Of a DNA stretch of 64,000 bases, positions 8,848 to 19,861 are shown piece after piece. The DNA comes from a virus. Taxonomy: Duplodnaviria > Caudoviricetes. The DNA is taken from the IMG/VR virus record IMGVR_UViG_3300046779_001841, positions 224,001 to 288,000 of that record; one strand, 5' to 3'. A program made the position numbers and the translations under genes. Numbering within the stretch: the first letter of the stretch is position 1; the number at the start of each line of letters is the position of its first letter. The notes beneath the pieces were generated by a model. It did no database searches. It worked only from the letters and a program-made list of their open reading frames with translations, and had not been told where the DNA came from.

Positions 8848-9843
8848 TTAATAAAATATATGTGCTTGGCTTTCTGCATAAGCCTGATTACTAATTTCCA
8901 CCCATTTCGCTTTAAATTGTAATTCTCTTATTGTTCTTGCTCCACTATAACTCAATCCACTTCTTATATTGATTGCTATCTCATCCAATATATCATCTAC
9001 AGATCCTTTATATCCTACTTGATGACTTACACCTTCTACTGATCTCACTGTTCCTCTCCATTGTGATTGTGCTTCTTTACTTGCCATTCCTACATACTTC
9101 TTATATTTATTTCCATGTTCATCTGTATGCACTTTACCTGGTGCTTCATCTGTACCTGCTAAATATGAACCTAGCATTACAAAATTCGCACCACCTGCTA
9201 GACACTTAACCATATCACCTGTTGTCTTAATCCCACCATCTGCAATAATTGGCATCTCATAAGTTGAACTTGCACAATCAAATACACTCGCAAGTGTTGG
9301 AATACCATGTCCTGTTTGTATTCTTGTTGTACAAATAGAACCACCACCTATTCCTACACGAACTGCATTTGCACCAGCATCTATTAAAAATTCATAACCA
9401 TCTTTAGTCGCTACATTTCCAGCGATTACATATACTTTACCATAACCATATCTTCTTCTGATCTCTTTTAAAGCATCTCCTACAACTTTTGTATGTCCAT
9501 GTGCAACATCCAAACAAAAATCTGTAATTCCCATTTCTACAAATTTATCCAAATCATTGATCTCATTACAACCTATCGCAACACATGAACTTCTTGATCT
9601 GGATGAAAGTGAAATTCTTTCTTCTATGGTATTATATCTATGAATAACACCATAACCACCTTTTTTATTCATTGCCAAAGCCATTTCATCTTCTGTTACT
9701 GTTGTCATTGGTGATGACATAACAGGTAAAGATAAAGAACGATCACCTAGTTTAGAAGATAAATCTATTTCATCTCTGGATGCTATATCTGAATATTGTG
9801 GTGAAATAAGATAGTCATTGAAAGTTTTTAAAAGCATTTGCAT
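8848..9843 (-). CDS. IMP dehydrogenase / GMP reductase family (no CBS domains)
   Basis: [27 protein letters not shown] (catalytic Cys), [23 protein letters not shown]. Confidence 0.9.
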   Translation of the reverse strand: MQMLLKTFNDYLISPQYSDIASRDEIDLSSKLGDRSLSLPVMSSPMTTVTEDEMALAMNKKGGYGVIHRYNTIEERISLSSRSRSSCVAIGCNEINDLDKFVEMGITDFCLDVAHGHTKVVGDALKEIRRRYGYGKVYVIAGNVATKDGYEFLIDAGANAVRVGIGGGSICTTRIQTGHGIPTLASVFDCASSTYEMPIIADGGIKTTGDMVKCLAGGANFVMLGSYLAGTDEAPGKVHTDEHGNKYKKYVGMASKEAQSQWRGTVRSVEGVSHQVGYKGSVDDILDEIAINIRSGLSYSGARTIRELQFKAKWVEISNQAYAESQAHIFY

Positions 9844-9909
9844 ATTCCTTATATAAAAGACAAACCAAATAATTATACTATCTATTTCTATCCTACAAGC
9901 ACGAATTTT

Positions 9910-12900
9910 TTATTGATTTTTAAAATACCTTCTTGTGAATAAGACCAAGATCATTAGCATAAACAATAAATTCGCTGTGTGATCTATATTCTGGCAACTA
10001 CCACCTTGAAATTTTGTCTTTTTAGTTGTGCCTTTGTCTTCATACATTATAGGATACATATCATCTAGTGGTTGCACTTTCATGTCTTTAATCATTTGAT
10101 CTAAAAGCATATCAATATCTTTATCTACTCGCATATCATTTTCTATACTCATATCATTTTCTTGAACATTAAGATTATTGTCACTTAACACTCGTATTCT
10201 AAATGACTGTTCTGTTCTACCACCATCATATAGATAATGATCATCACTTCCTTGATAATCTAATGCGATCAAATTTACACTCGCTTCTGTTCCTGCTAAA
10301 TTTGATGCTACTCTCCATTCTAATCTAAATAAATTCTCATCTATCTGTTCGATTGTCATTTCTGTTGGTGACCCTGCACCTAATTTCACTTCAATCAAAT
10401 CAAACTTTCCTTGATCTTTCACTTGTATATCATATTTATATATCCTACCTGCATAAGCTATTGTATCTGGCAAACTAATAAATACTGGTGCAGTGTTTGT
10501 GACATGAACTCTAATCTTGTTATAGTAACCAAATGGTGAAATCATTTTAATCGTGTAAATACCATCATCTTCAAATAAATATGATACTTCTTCTCCATGC
10601 TTATCCACTTCATTTTCCAGCAACCATAAATAATCACTCGTTTCATCTGTTTCAAGATTACAATTTTCCAAATTCACTTTTGGATTATCTATTTCTGTTG
10701 CACTTAATACTACACAACGACCTTCTTCACTTTGAATATTATCCACTGTTAATAACCATGCTTCTACATCTACTTGCTTGATTATTTCTGTTGTTGTATT
10801 TGACCACTCATCATGTATTAATATTTTCACTGGCATTACACCTGCTCTATGTGCTTCATATATTTGATTACCACTCCAACTTCTTTCTCTCTCAAACACA
10901 CCATCATTCTCAAAATCTATCGTATATAACAAGTCATCTACATCTATGTCATTTGCCATAACATTTAATGTTAATACACCATCATCTTGCCATACTTGAA
11001 CTTCATTTAATTCTGTTGGATGATTTACTACTTGGATTTCTTTTGTAAAAATTTCCGATTGTCTGTTTGATGTGAAACCTTTAATCTTTACTAGATATGG
11101 TGTTTCTTTCCACTCATATTTATGTTCAAGAGAATTATTGACTACACCATCATTCCAATCCACTTCATAGTTAAGAAATAAAGTATCACTGATTACTCTT
11201 AAATTTACTAATCCACCTGCACCTATCTCTACATCTACATCCGAAATCAAAGGTGTTGGTTGTGGTTCAATTACAATAGAAATCTCTGTTTCTACATTTG
11301 ACCAAGTATCTTTGACTTTAAGATATAAGGTATGTTGCTGATTTACATCTAAATCAAAGATCTCTAAATTTGTTCTTTCTTCATATTCTTGATCTGCATT
11401 TACTTTCCAATAATATTTTAAGACACTTGTATCTGGATCTGTTGCATTTACTACAATTAGATAACTACCACCTGCTAATAAATGTTTATTCATGTTTAAG
11501 ATTGTAGGTGCATCTGGAATAATAATCTCTGTAATTCTTGAAGTGCTTAAACCATTTGTGTCTTTAACTGTTATTAAAGCAGGATAAGGTTCTGTTCGAT
11601 AAGGTAAATCAAAATCTAATTGTGTATATGTATTACCATTCACTTCTACTATATAAGATAACTCATCATTGTTTGGATCTTTGGCATCTACAATAAGCCA
11701 ACATTTACCTGCATATCCTATGAGATTTGTGATCGAATTAATCATAGGTGCTTGGTTTTCCATGAAGTTTAATGTTTCTAATATTTGTTGTGATTGCGAA
11801 CCACGACTATCCATTACACTCACACTTGGAGTAAAACTACCATAAGATGTATATGTATACACAAATATGCCAGTGTTATTTGTTATAGACGAACTACCAT
11901 CACCTGCATTAAATACATATTGCAAACTATCATTATCCATATCAGTCGCATTTACAAACACTGTTATCGTATTTGTGTTTTGTGTTACATCTACATCTAA
12001 AACTAATGGTGCTTGATTAAAAGTATTTAAATTGACTTGATATTCTCTCTCTAAACCTAAATTGTCTTTTACTATAATGCGAACTGGTGTTTCATCACTT
12101 GTAGCTTTAAATGTATATGTATTCAAACTACTATTCACTACTTCTACATAAGCAATATCATTTATATCTATTGTGTAAGATAAGCTATTCGCCTTGTTAA
12201 ATGAATATGCTTGACTATATAGACTACTTGTATCTGAACCATCAAATGCACTTACTGTAAAAATACCAGTGTTTAGACTTACTATATATGGTGTAATAAA
12301 TGGTGGTGTATCTACAACAATATTGTCATTAAAAGTAGCAGTGATGAATGGATCAAAATCTGTTATTGTTGCAATACCTTTTACTTCGATCATTGGATTT
12401 GGTTCTGCATAGATTTGTATCTCATAGAAACCATTACCTTGTTTTTCTATTTCTACTGATGAAATAATTGGACTTAAATTTCTATGCTCAACTAAAAGAC
12501 TTTCTATCACTGGTGGAATATTTGGCACTTCTACATATATACTTTTTGTTGATACTAGACCACCACTATCAGTAGCAGTCACTTTAATCGTATCTATTCT
12601 ATAACCATCGCCTACAGGTATATATTCATACACACCTGTTGCGATTTCATTAAAACTACCTTGACCTGATATAACTTCTACTTGATAAGACACATTTAAA
12701 TTCTCAGGATCAAAAGATTGATTAAGATCTATGAGATTATTCGATACTGTTTCTACAATGACTGGTGGTTGAGTATTTGGCAAAATATTTACGATCACCG
12801 AACCAAAAGAACATAAAGAACAATCTGTTTTTTCTACACCATCAAGACAACTATCTGTCCATTGACCATCATCACAAATTTTAAAAGGAATAGATATTTT

Positions 12901-15063
12901 AGATAGATTACTTGGTAAAACATAAGATGCTTCTTGTTGTGTAAATACACCATCAAGATTGCTATCAAATTCCACTGATGAAATGAAATCTCTTGGATGA
13001 TTACCAAAAGGATCTTGATTTACATCTGCATCATAAGAAGAGTTAGCATTTAAAGTTAAAGTTTGACCTGTATATCCAGTAAAGATTTCAGTGATTGGAA
13101 CAGGTGCATGATTATATTTGCTTATGCTTATAGATACTGCATCTACATCATCTACAATTCGATTAAGATTATCTATTGTTCTAAGTGTTACTTTTTGTTT
13201 AAGTGTTTGACCCCAATCTACATTATTTGTGTAGGTATATGTAAATTTTTCATTGATGTCATTTGTTGTGAAATCCCAGATTGTTTCATTTTCGTCAACA
13301 ATAAGGTTCTTATTTATATCTTCATTGCAGTTATTAATCTCATTTATGGAACAATCGGGTAAAGTATGATCTATATGGTCGATCACATTCCATTTAAATG
13401 TAGTAATGCTTACTTCTGGATCAAGAACATAAGACCATGAATGATCAAAAGTAACAGTATTGTTAGGTGAAATAAGTTGTGGTGTTGCTTTGGCATAAGG
13501 TTGAACTTCTAACCAAGATTGAATAATTTGTGTAATAACAGATGTTCTTTCATTAGTAGAGAAAGAACCACTCCAAAGCCAATTACCAGTCCAAGTCCAA
13601 GTACCATTTGTTTGTTGTTTAGAAGAACCATTAGAATTTTTATTTGGATTTTTTCCAGTGATAAAGAAATCAGTAAATTCATTTGACCAATGAATACCAT
13701 TTGGCAAATAAGTTATTTCTGGTGAAAAAGATCTAAGACCTTTTGTAGAAGCGTAGATATAGTAAAGACCCCAATGGTTACTATCAGTAAGATACCAAGA
13801 TTGGATAGCATTAATAGAATTATTAACTTGTGCATTTGTGTTTAAGTCCTCGTTTTCAGTCCATCCATAACCAACAAGTGTATTACCTGCTAGTTTGCCA
13901 TTACCATTACCATCATAATAACATATACCATTTGGACAATAAAGTGACAACCAATCTCTTTGTTTTGTTTTAAAAGTTTCATAATCTACATTATTAAATT
14001 TTCTTTTAAGAATACGAATAGCTTCTGGTGCCCAACCATTTGTTGAAGCATCATCTGTTGCACCAGCAAGATTACTGCAAGTATAAAACCATGCACCATC
14101 TGAAGTAGTGCATTGTAAAAGACCATCAATAATATCTTGACCAATATTTTTAAGATCTACACCAAAGATACCTTGCCTACCTACAGGTGAAATATAAGAA
14201 GAATTACCAAAATTTGCCAAAGGTTCTGACCATGCAGTCGATTCATAACTTGACCAAAAGAAAGCATTAAGATTATTTAATGCTACAAATTCCATTCCTT
14301 TACCTGCATTACCTAAAACATCAGTATCTGTAAATCCTATGTTCTTTAATTGCATTGTAGATAAAATAGAATGTAATCCACATTGTGTAAGATGTCTATA
14401 ATATGGATCGTTATCTTTATTTAAACCAAAACCATGTCCTCGTCTTAGAAAAGCATTTAAAGCCATACCTGTAGAATATAATGTTTGATTGCCAGGTACA
14501 TAACATAGGTGTTCATTATGACCAAGAGAATCATTTCCTTTATGAATAGCTTGTCTAAACAAATACCATAAAGCTATATCTACTGCACGACTAGAATAGA
14601 TTTGTCTTGTTAAATTAAGATTGCCATCGTTCGCATTACAATTCGCATTTAAAGGATCGTTGTAGTAATTATTGCAAATACGATCTACATGGATAAGAAC
14701 AGGCATGATAGCAGATGCAATTTCATTACCACAAGACACTTCTACTTTAGGATATATATAAGTGTTACCTAAAACATTTGGATATTGATATGAGAGATGA
14801 AGTGGTGCAAAAAAAGGATTGCCAGTGATTGAGATACTTGTTTCACTCGCATCATCAAAATCACCATCACCATTTACATCCCATCGATAAGAATAAGATG
14901 CACAATTACCACCTTCAACAATAGCTTGTAAATGAGTAGGCAAACCATTTAGTGCGATATGTGGAATATCTGGATTAGATTGCACATAAGGAATAGTAGA
15001 TACTTTTAAAGGTTCAGCATAAAGAGAACTGAATAAAAGTAGGAATATAAGCAGGTATTTCAT
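9910..15063 (-). CDS. Large secreted alpha/alpha-barrel plus PKD/Ig-repeat protein with MYXO-CTERM-like sorting signal
   Basis: Signal peptide; QW-like repeats (QCTTSDGAW, QQTNGTW); repeated N-x-[AP]-P Ig starts; DM-rich linker; GGSCQ, TM helix, TRR terminus. Confidence 0.75.
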   Translation of the reverse strand: MKYLLIFLLLFSSLYAEPLKVSTIPYVQSNPDIPHIALNGLPTHLQAIVEGGNCASYSYRWDVNGDGDFDDASETSISITGNPFFAPLHLSYQYPNVLGNTYIYPKVEVSCGNEIASAIMPVLIHVDRICNNYYNDPLNANCNANDGNLNLTRQIYSSRAVDIALWYLFRQAIHKGNDSLGHNEHLCYVPGNQTLYSTGMALNAFLRRGHGFGLNKDNDPYYRHLTQCGLHSILSTMQLKNIGFTDTDVLGNAGKGMEFVALNNLNAFFWSSYESTAWSEPLANFGNSSYISPVGRQGIFGVDLKNIGQDIIDGLLQCTTSDGAWFYTCSNLAGATDDASTNGWAPEAIRILKRKFNNVDYETFKTKQRDWLSLYCPNGICYYDGNGNGKLAGNTLVGYGWTENEDLNTNAQVNNSINAIQSWYLTDSNHWGLYYIYASTKGLRSFSPEITYLPNGIHWSNEFTDFFITGKNPNKNSNGSSKQQTNGTWTWTGNWLWSGSFSTNERTSVITQIIQSWLEVQPYAKATPQLISPNNTVTFDHSWSYVLDPEVSITTFKWNVIDHIDHTLPDCSINEINNCNEDINKNLIVDENETIWDFTTNDINEKFTYTYTNNVDWGQTLKQKVTLRTIDNLNRIVDDVDAVSISISKYNHAPVPITEIFTGYTGQTLTLNANSSYDADVNQDPFGNHPRDFISSVEFDSNLDGVFTQQEASYVLPSNLSKISIPFKICDDGQWTDSCLDGVEKTDCSLCSFGSVIVNILPNTQPPVIVETVSNNLIDLNQSFDPENLNVSYQVEVISGQGSFNEIATGVYEYIPVGDGYRIDTIKVTATDSGGLVSTKSIYVEVPNIPPVIESLLVEHRNLSPIISSVEIEKQGNGFYEIQIYAEPNPMIEVKGIATITDFDPFITATFNDNIVVDTPPFITPYIVSLNTGIFTVSAFDGSDTSSLYSQAYSFNKANSLSYTIDINDIAYVEVVNSSLNTYTFKATSDETPVRIIVKDNLGLEREYQVNLNTFNQAPLVLDVDVTQNTNTITVFVNATDMDNDSLQYVFNAGDGSSSITNNTGIFVYTYTSYGSFTPSVSVMDSRGSQSQQILETLNFMENQAPMINSITNLIGYAGKCWLIVDAKDPNNDELSYIVEVNGNTYTQLDFDLPYRTEPYPALITVKDTNGLSTSRITEIIIPDAPTILNMNKHLLAGGSYLIVVNATDPDTSVLKYYWKVNADQEYEERTNLEIFDLDVNQQHTLYLKVKDTWSNVETEISIVIEPQPTPLISDVDVEIGAGGLVNLRVISDTLFLNYEVDWNDGVVNNSLEHKYEWKETPYLVKIKGFTSNRQSEIFTKEIQVVNHPTELNEVQVWQDDGVLTLNVMANDIDVDDLLYTIDFENDGVFERERSWSGNQIYEAHRAGVMPVKILIHDEWSNTTTEIIKQVDVEAWLLTVDNIQSEEGRCVVLSATEIDNPKVNLENCNLETDETSDYLWLLENEVDKHGEEVSYLFEDDGIYTIKMISPFGYYNKIRVHVTNTAPVFISLPDTIAYAGRIYKYDIQVKDQGKFDLIEVKLGAGSPTEMTIEQIDENLFRLEWRVASNLAGTEASVNLIALDYQGSDDHYLYDGGRTEQSFRIRVLSDNNLNVQENDMSIENDMRVDKDIDMLLDQMIKDMKVQPLDDMYPIMYEDKGTTKKTKFQGGSCQNIDHTANLLFMLMILVLFTRRYFKNQ

Positions 15064-15166
15064 ATTTACCTCGTCAAAGAAAAAGTCTTAAACAAAGTAA
15101 AAACATTTAAAGTTTAATAAATGATTTATTTTAAAAGTCTTTGTTAAAAAACATTTAAAATAAAGG

Positions 15167-16168
15167 ATGGTAAAAATGGCTGTTCATTATGTAGATATAA
15201 CCAAAGACGATTTAGAGAATTGGTTGGATAGTTTAGGTAAAAAATGGACAAAAGATGTCACAAAAGCAGGTATTTATTACATACATTTATCAAATACTGT
15301 TGCTGTTAAACTATCAAGTACTTTGTCTGGCACTCAAACAACAATGGATTATGCCAAAGCATCAATGAAGTTATCTTTAGTAAGTTTGGTAACAAAGAAA
15401 CTCTTAAATAAGAAAGATGCAGATCGTTCGCATTTTAAGAGAACTACAAATTGGAAAACAACATGGAAAGAAGGTGTTGATCATTGGGAATCCGTGTATA
15501 AAAATGCCAAAGGTTTTTATGATCGTATATCAGTAGTAGAAGACCAAGAGCAATATAAAGAAAATTGGTTATCTAAAATAGAGAGTGTTCAAAATTGGGA
15601 AAGTGTTTCTATCTTATCTCAATTACATAATAAGGTGCAAACAGGCACGATTTTAAGTCCAAATCAAGAAGGTGCGATTCTTAAATTTGTTAAGAATGTA
15701 AGATCAGTGCCAACACCTGTTGTGGAAGAATCAAGAACACCAGTATCATCTTATAAAGAAGAATGGTTATCTAAGATAGAAATTGTTCCAAATTGGGAAG
15801 ATATAGATTTCTTATCACAAGTACATGATAAAGTGTTAAGAGGTGTGAGATTAAGTCCAAATCAAGAAAATGCCATTCTTAAATTTGTTAATAATGTAAA
15901 ATCAAGGTCAAGACCTGTCCATGTAGAACAACAAAGACCTGTAATGCAACAAAGACCTGTTCATGTAGAGCAACCTGCAACACAAGTACATTTTACACCA
16001 GAGCAACAAAGAGCAATGGCAAGATTAGAAGCATTAGTAGAAGTAGCAAGTCCAGTGGATTCAACTTTTACACTGATCATGATCAATAAAGCTAAAAAAG
16101 GCATTAAGTTGTCTGATGAAGAAAAACAAAAACTTATTGGCTTATTAAGACAATATAACATTCAATAA
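15167..16168 (+). CDS. Hypothetical protein with tandem helical repeats
   Basis: 333-aa ORF; two 49-aa repeats (WLSKIE...LSPNQE.AILKFV) plus a degenerate third. Confidence 0.75.
   Translation: MVKMAVHYVDITKDDLENWLDSLGKKWTKDVTKAGIYYIHLSNTVAVKLSSTLSGTQTTMDYAKASMKLSLVSLVTKKLLNKKDADRSHFKRTTNWKTTWKEGVDHWESVYKNAKGFYDRISVVEDQEQYKENWLSKIESVQNWESVSILSQLHNKVQTGTILSPNQEGAILKFVKNVRSVPTPVVEESRTPVSSYKEEWLSKIEIVPNWEDIDFLSQVHDKVLRGVRLSPNQENAILKFVNNVKSRSRPVHVEQQRPVMQQRPVHVEQPATQVHFTPEQQRAMARLEALVEVASPVDSTFTLIMINKAKKGIKLSDEEKQKLIGLLRQYNIQ
15554..15898 (+). repeat. Two 147-nt coding repeats (15554-15700, 15752-15898)
   Basis: Visible at DNA and protein level. Confidence 0.8.
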
Positions 16169-16179
16169 GGAGAAGATAA

Positions 16180-19100
16180 ATGGCTAAGAGTAGAAAAATA
16201 GCTATGTCTGATGAACAAGAAGAAGTCTTAGATAAAAAGACTTTACTCGATCTAACAAGATTTCTTTTAATTTTAAAGAAGTGTGTTGATCTTCAGTTGC
16301 CTGAAAACATTATAAATGATGGTTTAGATCTATATCGTTTAAATATTTCTAAGATTCAAGAAATAGGCGATATGCTCTTTGATGAGATCGTAGCTAATAG
16401 TTCTCGTCTGAATCCTTTTTATACCAAATATCGTTTAGCTAAAAAAACCTTTGATGTAGAATCCTTAAATAACAGGATTCCTTTAATAGAAGGTTGTTTT
16501 AAGTATTTGCATTTAAATCAAGTTTCTTTAATAGAATTTGCAGAAAATGAACCAGTATTGGTATTGAACCTTAAAGATATTATTCAAGGTATTTTAGAGA
16601 ATAATTTGAATGAGAGTTTAAAGCTACTATTGAACATTCCATCATTCTTATTTTTAAAGTCTGGTGCAAGATCACCACAAAATTGGATTGAGGCTTTAAT
16701 TAAAGCAAATATTACAGGTGCAAGTAAGACACAAAAAGTCGATGCAATCTTGGCAATCAATCAAAGCTATGTAAATCTTGCTAAAGATATTAGAACTCTT
16801 GATACACAGATTAGAAGTTTCACTCCAAATTCAAGAGAATTTATAGAGAAACAAGAGCAAAGACAAGAGTTATTAACAAAACTTATAAATGAAGTTCAAG
16901 ACAAAGAAGGTAATGATGCTAAGAATATCTTGTCAAATTTGACAAGTATCATTCATAGTAGTGAAACACATCAAACTGTAGTCGGTGCTAGATTAAAATT
17001 AACACCTGAACAAGAAAATGCCATGATGGTAGATGGTAAATCAATTATCGCGGCTGGTGCAGGTTCTGGTAAAACTCGTGTCTTGGCTGGTCGTGTTGCT
17101 TGGCTGATTCAAGAAAAAGGTGTTCCTGCATCAAGTATCATGGCAACATCCTTTACAGCCAATTCTGCAACAGAATTAAAAGAAAGAATTGAAAAACCAG
17201 AATTTGCAGGTGATGGTGCAATTCAAGGTAAAGGTTTTGGTACTTCACACTCAATCGCATTTAGTATCTTGCAACAATTTAGTCCAGTATCAAATGTAGA
17301 TTTCAATTTAGATAGTAAGTTGATGATTTTAGCTTTAAAGCAAGTACAAATGTCACCTACAAGTGGAGTACCTTTAGGCAAGATGTCTAATAAGCCAATC
17401 TTTAATCAATATACACAAAACGATATTGATAACTATATTAAGATGGTCAATACCTTTATGGACTATGCAAATTATTTTCTTTCTCAATCTAGTACACCAC
17501 CAGATGCAAAAGAAGATTTGAAAAAAGATATTGTTGTTTTGAACCAAATTATTCAAAACAAGTTATTGCCTTATGATCTTTCTAAAGATCAAAAAGACCA
17601 TTTAAATAATATGATTGCATCACCTAGAGGCAAACAAGTTTTTAATAGGTTAATAGGTGAATATAAACTTACTCATTTAGAGAGATTACAAAAAATAGGT
17701 TCAGAAGAAGAGAACCAACCATATAGAGATTTACAGCGTGAATCTGATAAAAGACAAAAAGGCAAATCTCCAAAAGATTCACCTTATAACACTGAACCTG
17801 CGAATATGTGGTTTAATTTAGGATTAAATCAAGAAGGAATAGAAGCACAAGCTAGTCTATTAAAAAATGCTGGTTTATTTGATAAGGCAGATAATTTACA
17901 AGATGATTTTGAAGAATTTTTAAAAAAGGCACATGGCGAATCCAAGTTCTTCCAAAAGCAAGTTTCTAAATGTTATAACAATGTGATGTCTGTAAAACAA
18001 CTTAAAGATTCTTTAAAGCCTAATTTCTTGAATAATGCTTTAGTTGCAGTTTATGGTGCTTATTTGTGGCTAAAAGAAAATGATCTTACTTTTGCTAATA
18101 CTATCAGTGGTGATGATATGTTAATTAAGGCAATAGGTTTGATGTTAGAAAAGCCCAGTGTTTTAAGTGCATTACAAACTCAATATAAACATATCATGGT
18201 AGATGAAGCACAAGACTTAAATAAATCACAACATATCTTCTTTGGATTGATCGCAGGGACAATCAATCCTGGTAATTTATTACCATATACAGATGGTAGA
18301 CCAATGAGAGCAAAATCTTTTGTTTTGATTGGTGATGATAAACAAGCGATTTATGAATTTAGAGGTGCTACACCACAAACATTTATTGAGAAGTCTGATT
18401 TATTACAAGGTGATTTTAAGACTGCTATTATTCCTACAAACTTTAGAAGTGGAAATAGTATTGTAGATTCAGCTAATAAATTGATTGCATATAATGATCA
18501 AATTCCTATGACTTGTGTATCTGTACCATCCAAAGGATTGGGAACAATCTATACAGAAAAAACACCAGATCCATCATTTACTGCACCTGCTATTCATTTG
18601 ATGGCTGAGATTAAAACACATATTGGATTAGGTGGTAAAATAGAAGATTATGGTGTGGCAACAAGAAGTAAAAAACAAGCATTCCCATTCTTATTAGAAG
18701 CATTAAAAGAAAAGATACCATTTAGATCACAAATTAATCCTTTATCTAAAGAAAACTTTCAAGCTATTTTTAGATGGCTTGAATTTATCAGTCTTCCAGA
18801 TAGTGATGTTTCTAAATTAAATAGTTTGATTTTAGAACTATATAAGGGCGGTACTGTTTTCTATTTAGGTGAAAAGAACTTTACTGAACCTTTAAAAGAA
18901 TATCTACAAGCTAATAGAAATGCCAATCTATTAACAAATATGCCACTTCATTTATTCCCACAAACATCAACTTCTTTTGTGAAGAGTAGTGTTGAGAAAT
19001 ATTTGAATGTTTTAGTATCTGCAAGACAAATTCAAGGTAGTGCGACTGATTGTCTTGTGAAATTATTAAAACTTAAAGATTTAAAGAAACATACTTTTGC

Positions 19101-19662
19101 AGAAGTTTTCTTTCCTATACAAGAAGATGATGGCAAAGAAAAAGATGATGAAGAAGAAGATAAATCAAAAGATTATGAGATCATGTTATCTTTATTAGAT
19201 TTTACAGATAATCCAGCAGTAGTAACTTTAGCAGATGTTATTGTAGAGATTAAAAAATTCACTAAAACTGTAGAAGAAGGTAGAAAAGAAAACAAAGGTA
19301 TGTTGATAGACACTATGCACCAATGGAAAGGTTTAGAGTGTAAATATCTCACCACTATTTTTGCTGATAATTTCCCAAGAATGAAAGGTGATGATATGAC
19401 TGATGAAGAGTATGAAGCAGAATTAGCAAGTGAAAGAAGACTTGCTTATGTTGCTTTAACTCGTGGTCAAGATCAAGTGCGTGTTATATCTAATACTCAA
19501 GTTAAAGTATGGGATAGTACTGTAAAAGATTGGAAAATGAAAAATGTTACACCATCTAGGTTTATTGAAGAGGCTTGTATTCCACAAAAATTTAAAGTAG
19601 AAAAACAATCTTCATTGGAAATTCATGTAGAAGATATATTGCATTTCATGATTAAAAAATAA
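16180..19662 (+). CDS. UvrD/PcrA-family SF1 helicase with long N-terminal extension
   Basis: AGAGSGKT, DEAQD, GDDKQAIYEFRGA, TNFRS, TMHQWKGLE, ERRLAYVALTR. Confidence 0.9.
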   Translation: MAKSRKIAMSDEQEEVLDKKTLLDLTRFLLILKKCVDLQLPENIINDGLDLYRLNISKIQEIGDMLFDEIVANSSRLNPFYTKYRLAKKTFDVESLNNRIPLIEGCFKYLHLNQVSLIEFAENEPVLVLNLKDIIQGILENNLNESLKLLLNIPSFLFLKSGARSPQNWIEALIKANITGASKTQKVDAILAINQSYVNLAKDIRTLDTQIRSFTPNSREFIEKQEQRQELLTKLINEVQDKEGNDAKNILSNLTSIIHSSETHQTVVGARLKLTPEQENAMMVDGKSIIAAGAGSGKTRVLAGRVAWLIQEKGVPASSIMATSFTANSATELKERIEKPEFAGDGAIQGKGFGTSHSIAFSILQQFSPVSNVDFNLDSKLMILALKQVQMSPTSGVPLGKMSNKPIFNQYTQNDIDNYIKMVNTFMDYANYFLSQSSTPPDAKEDLKKDIVVLNQIIQNKLLPYDLSKDQKDHLNNMIASPRGKQVFNRLIGEYKLTHLERLQKIGSEEENQPYRDLQRESDKRQKGKSPKDSPYNTEPANMWFNLGLNQEGIEAQASLLKNAGLFDKADNLQDDFEEFLKKAHGESKFFQKQVSKCYNNVMSVKQLKDSLKPNFLNNALVAVYGAYLWLKENDLTFANTISGDDMLIKAIGLMLEKPSVLSALQTQYKHIMVDEAQDLNKSQHIFFGLIAGTINPGNLLPYTDGRPMRAKSFVLIGDDKQAIYEFRGATPQTFIEKSDLLQGDFKTAIIPTNFRSGNSIVDSANKLIAYNDQIPMTCVSVPSKGLGTIYTEKTPDPSFTAPAIHLMAEIKTHIGLGGKIEDYGVATRSKKQAFPFLLEALKEKIPFRSQINPLSKENFQAIFRWLEFISLPDSDVSKLNSLILELYKGGTVFYLGEKNFTEPLKEYLQANRNANLLTNMPLHLFPQTSTSFVKSSVEKYLNVLVSARQIQGSATDCLVKLLKLKDLKKHTFAEVFFPIQEDDGKEKDDEEEDKSKDYEIMLSLLDFTDNPAVVTLADVIVEIKKFTKTVEEGRKENKGMLIDTMHQWKGLECKYLTTIFADNFPRMKGDDMTDEEYEAELASERRLAYVALTRGQDQVRVISNTQVKVWDSTVKDWKMKNVTPSRFIEEACIPQKFKVEKQSSLEIHVEDILHFMIKK

Positions 19663-19697
19663 TTGCAAATTTAGAATTTCTGTGTAATGTAATAATC

Positions 19698-19753
19698 GTG
19701 ATTGCTAAAGTGGACTTAGCTTTTTCCACCTGTATGACATAGGCAGGTATCAC
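19698..19753 (+). ncRNA. Candidate small pseudoknotted RNA
   Basis: GTGAT/ATCAC closing stem, GCTAA/TTAGC hairpin whose loop GTGGA can pair with downstream TCCAC, ACCTG/CAGGT hairpin; TTGCAA...TAATGT upstream. Confidence 0.35.
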
Positions 19754-19786
19754 AAAAACTATGTCAATTATCTTTTTTTTATATAT

Positions 19787-19835
19787 GTTGCAAAGATAGC
19801 TAAACCACAAGTGTTATATATATGTCGATAATGAC
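19787..19835 (+). promoter_or_regulatory. Conserved promoter-like element, copy 1
   Basis: GTTGCAAAGATAGC-N8-AAGTGTTAT-N3-TATGTC-GATAATGA. Confidence 0.8.
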
Positions 19836-19861
19836 AAACTCTCAAAAAAGGAAAATGAGAT

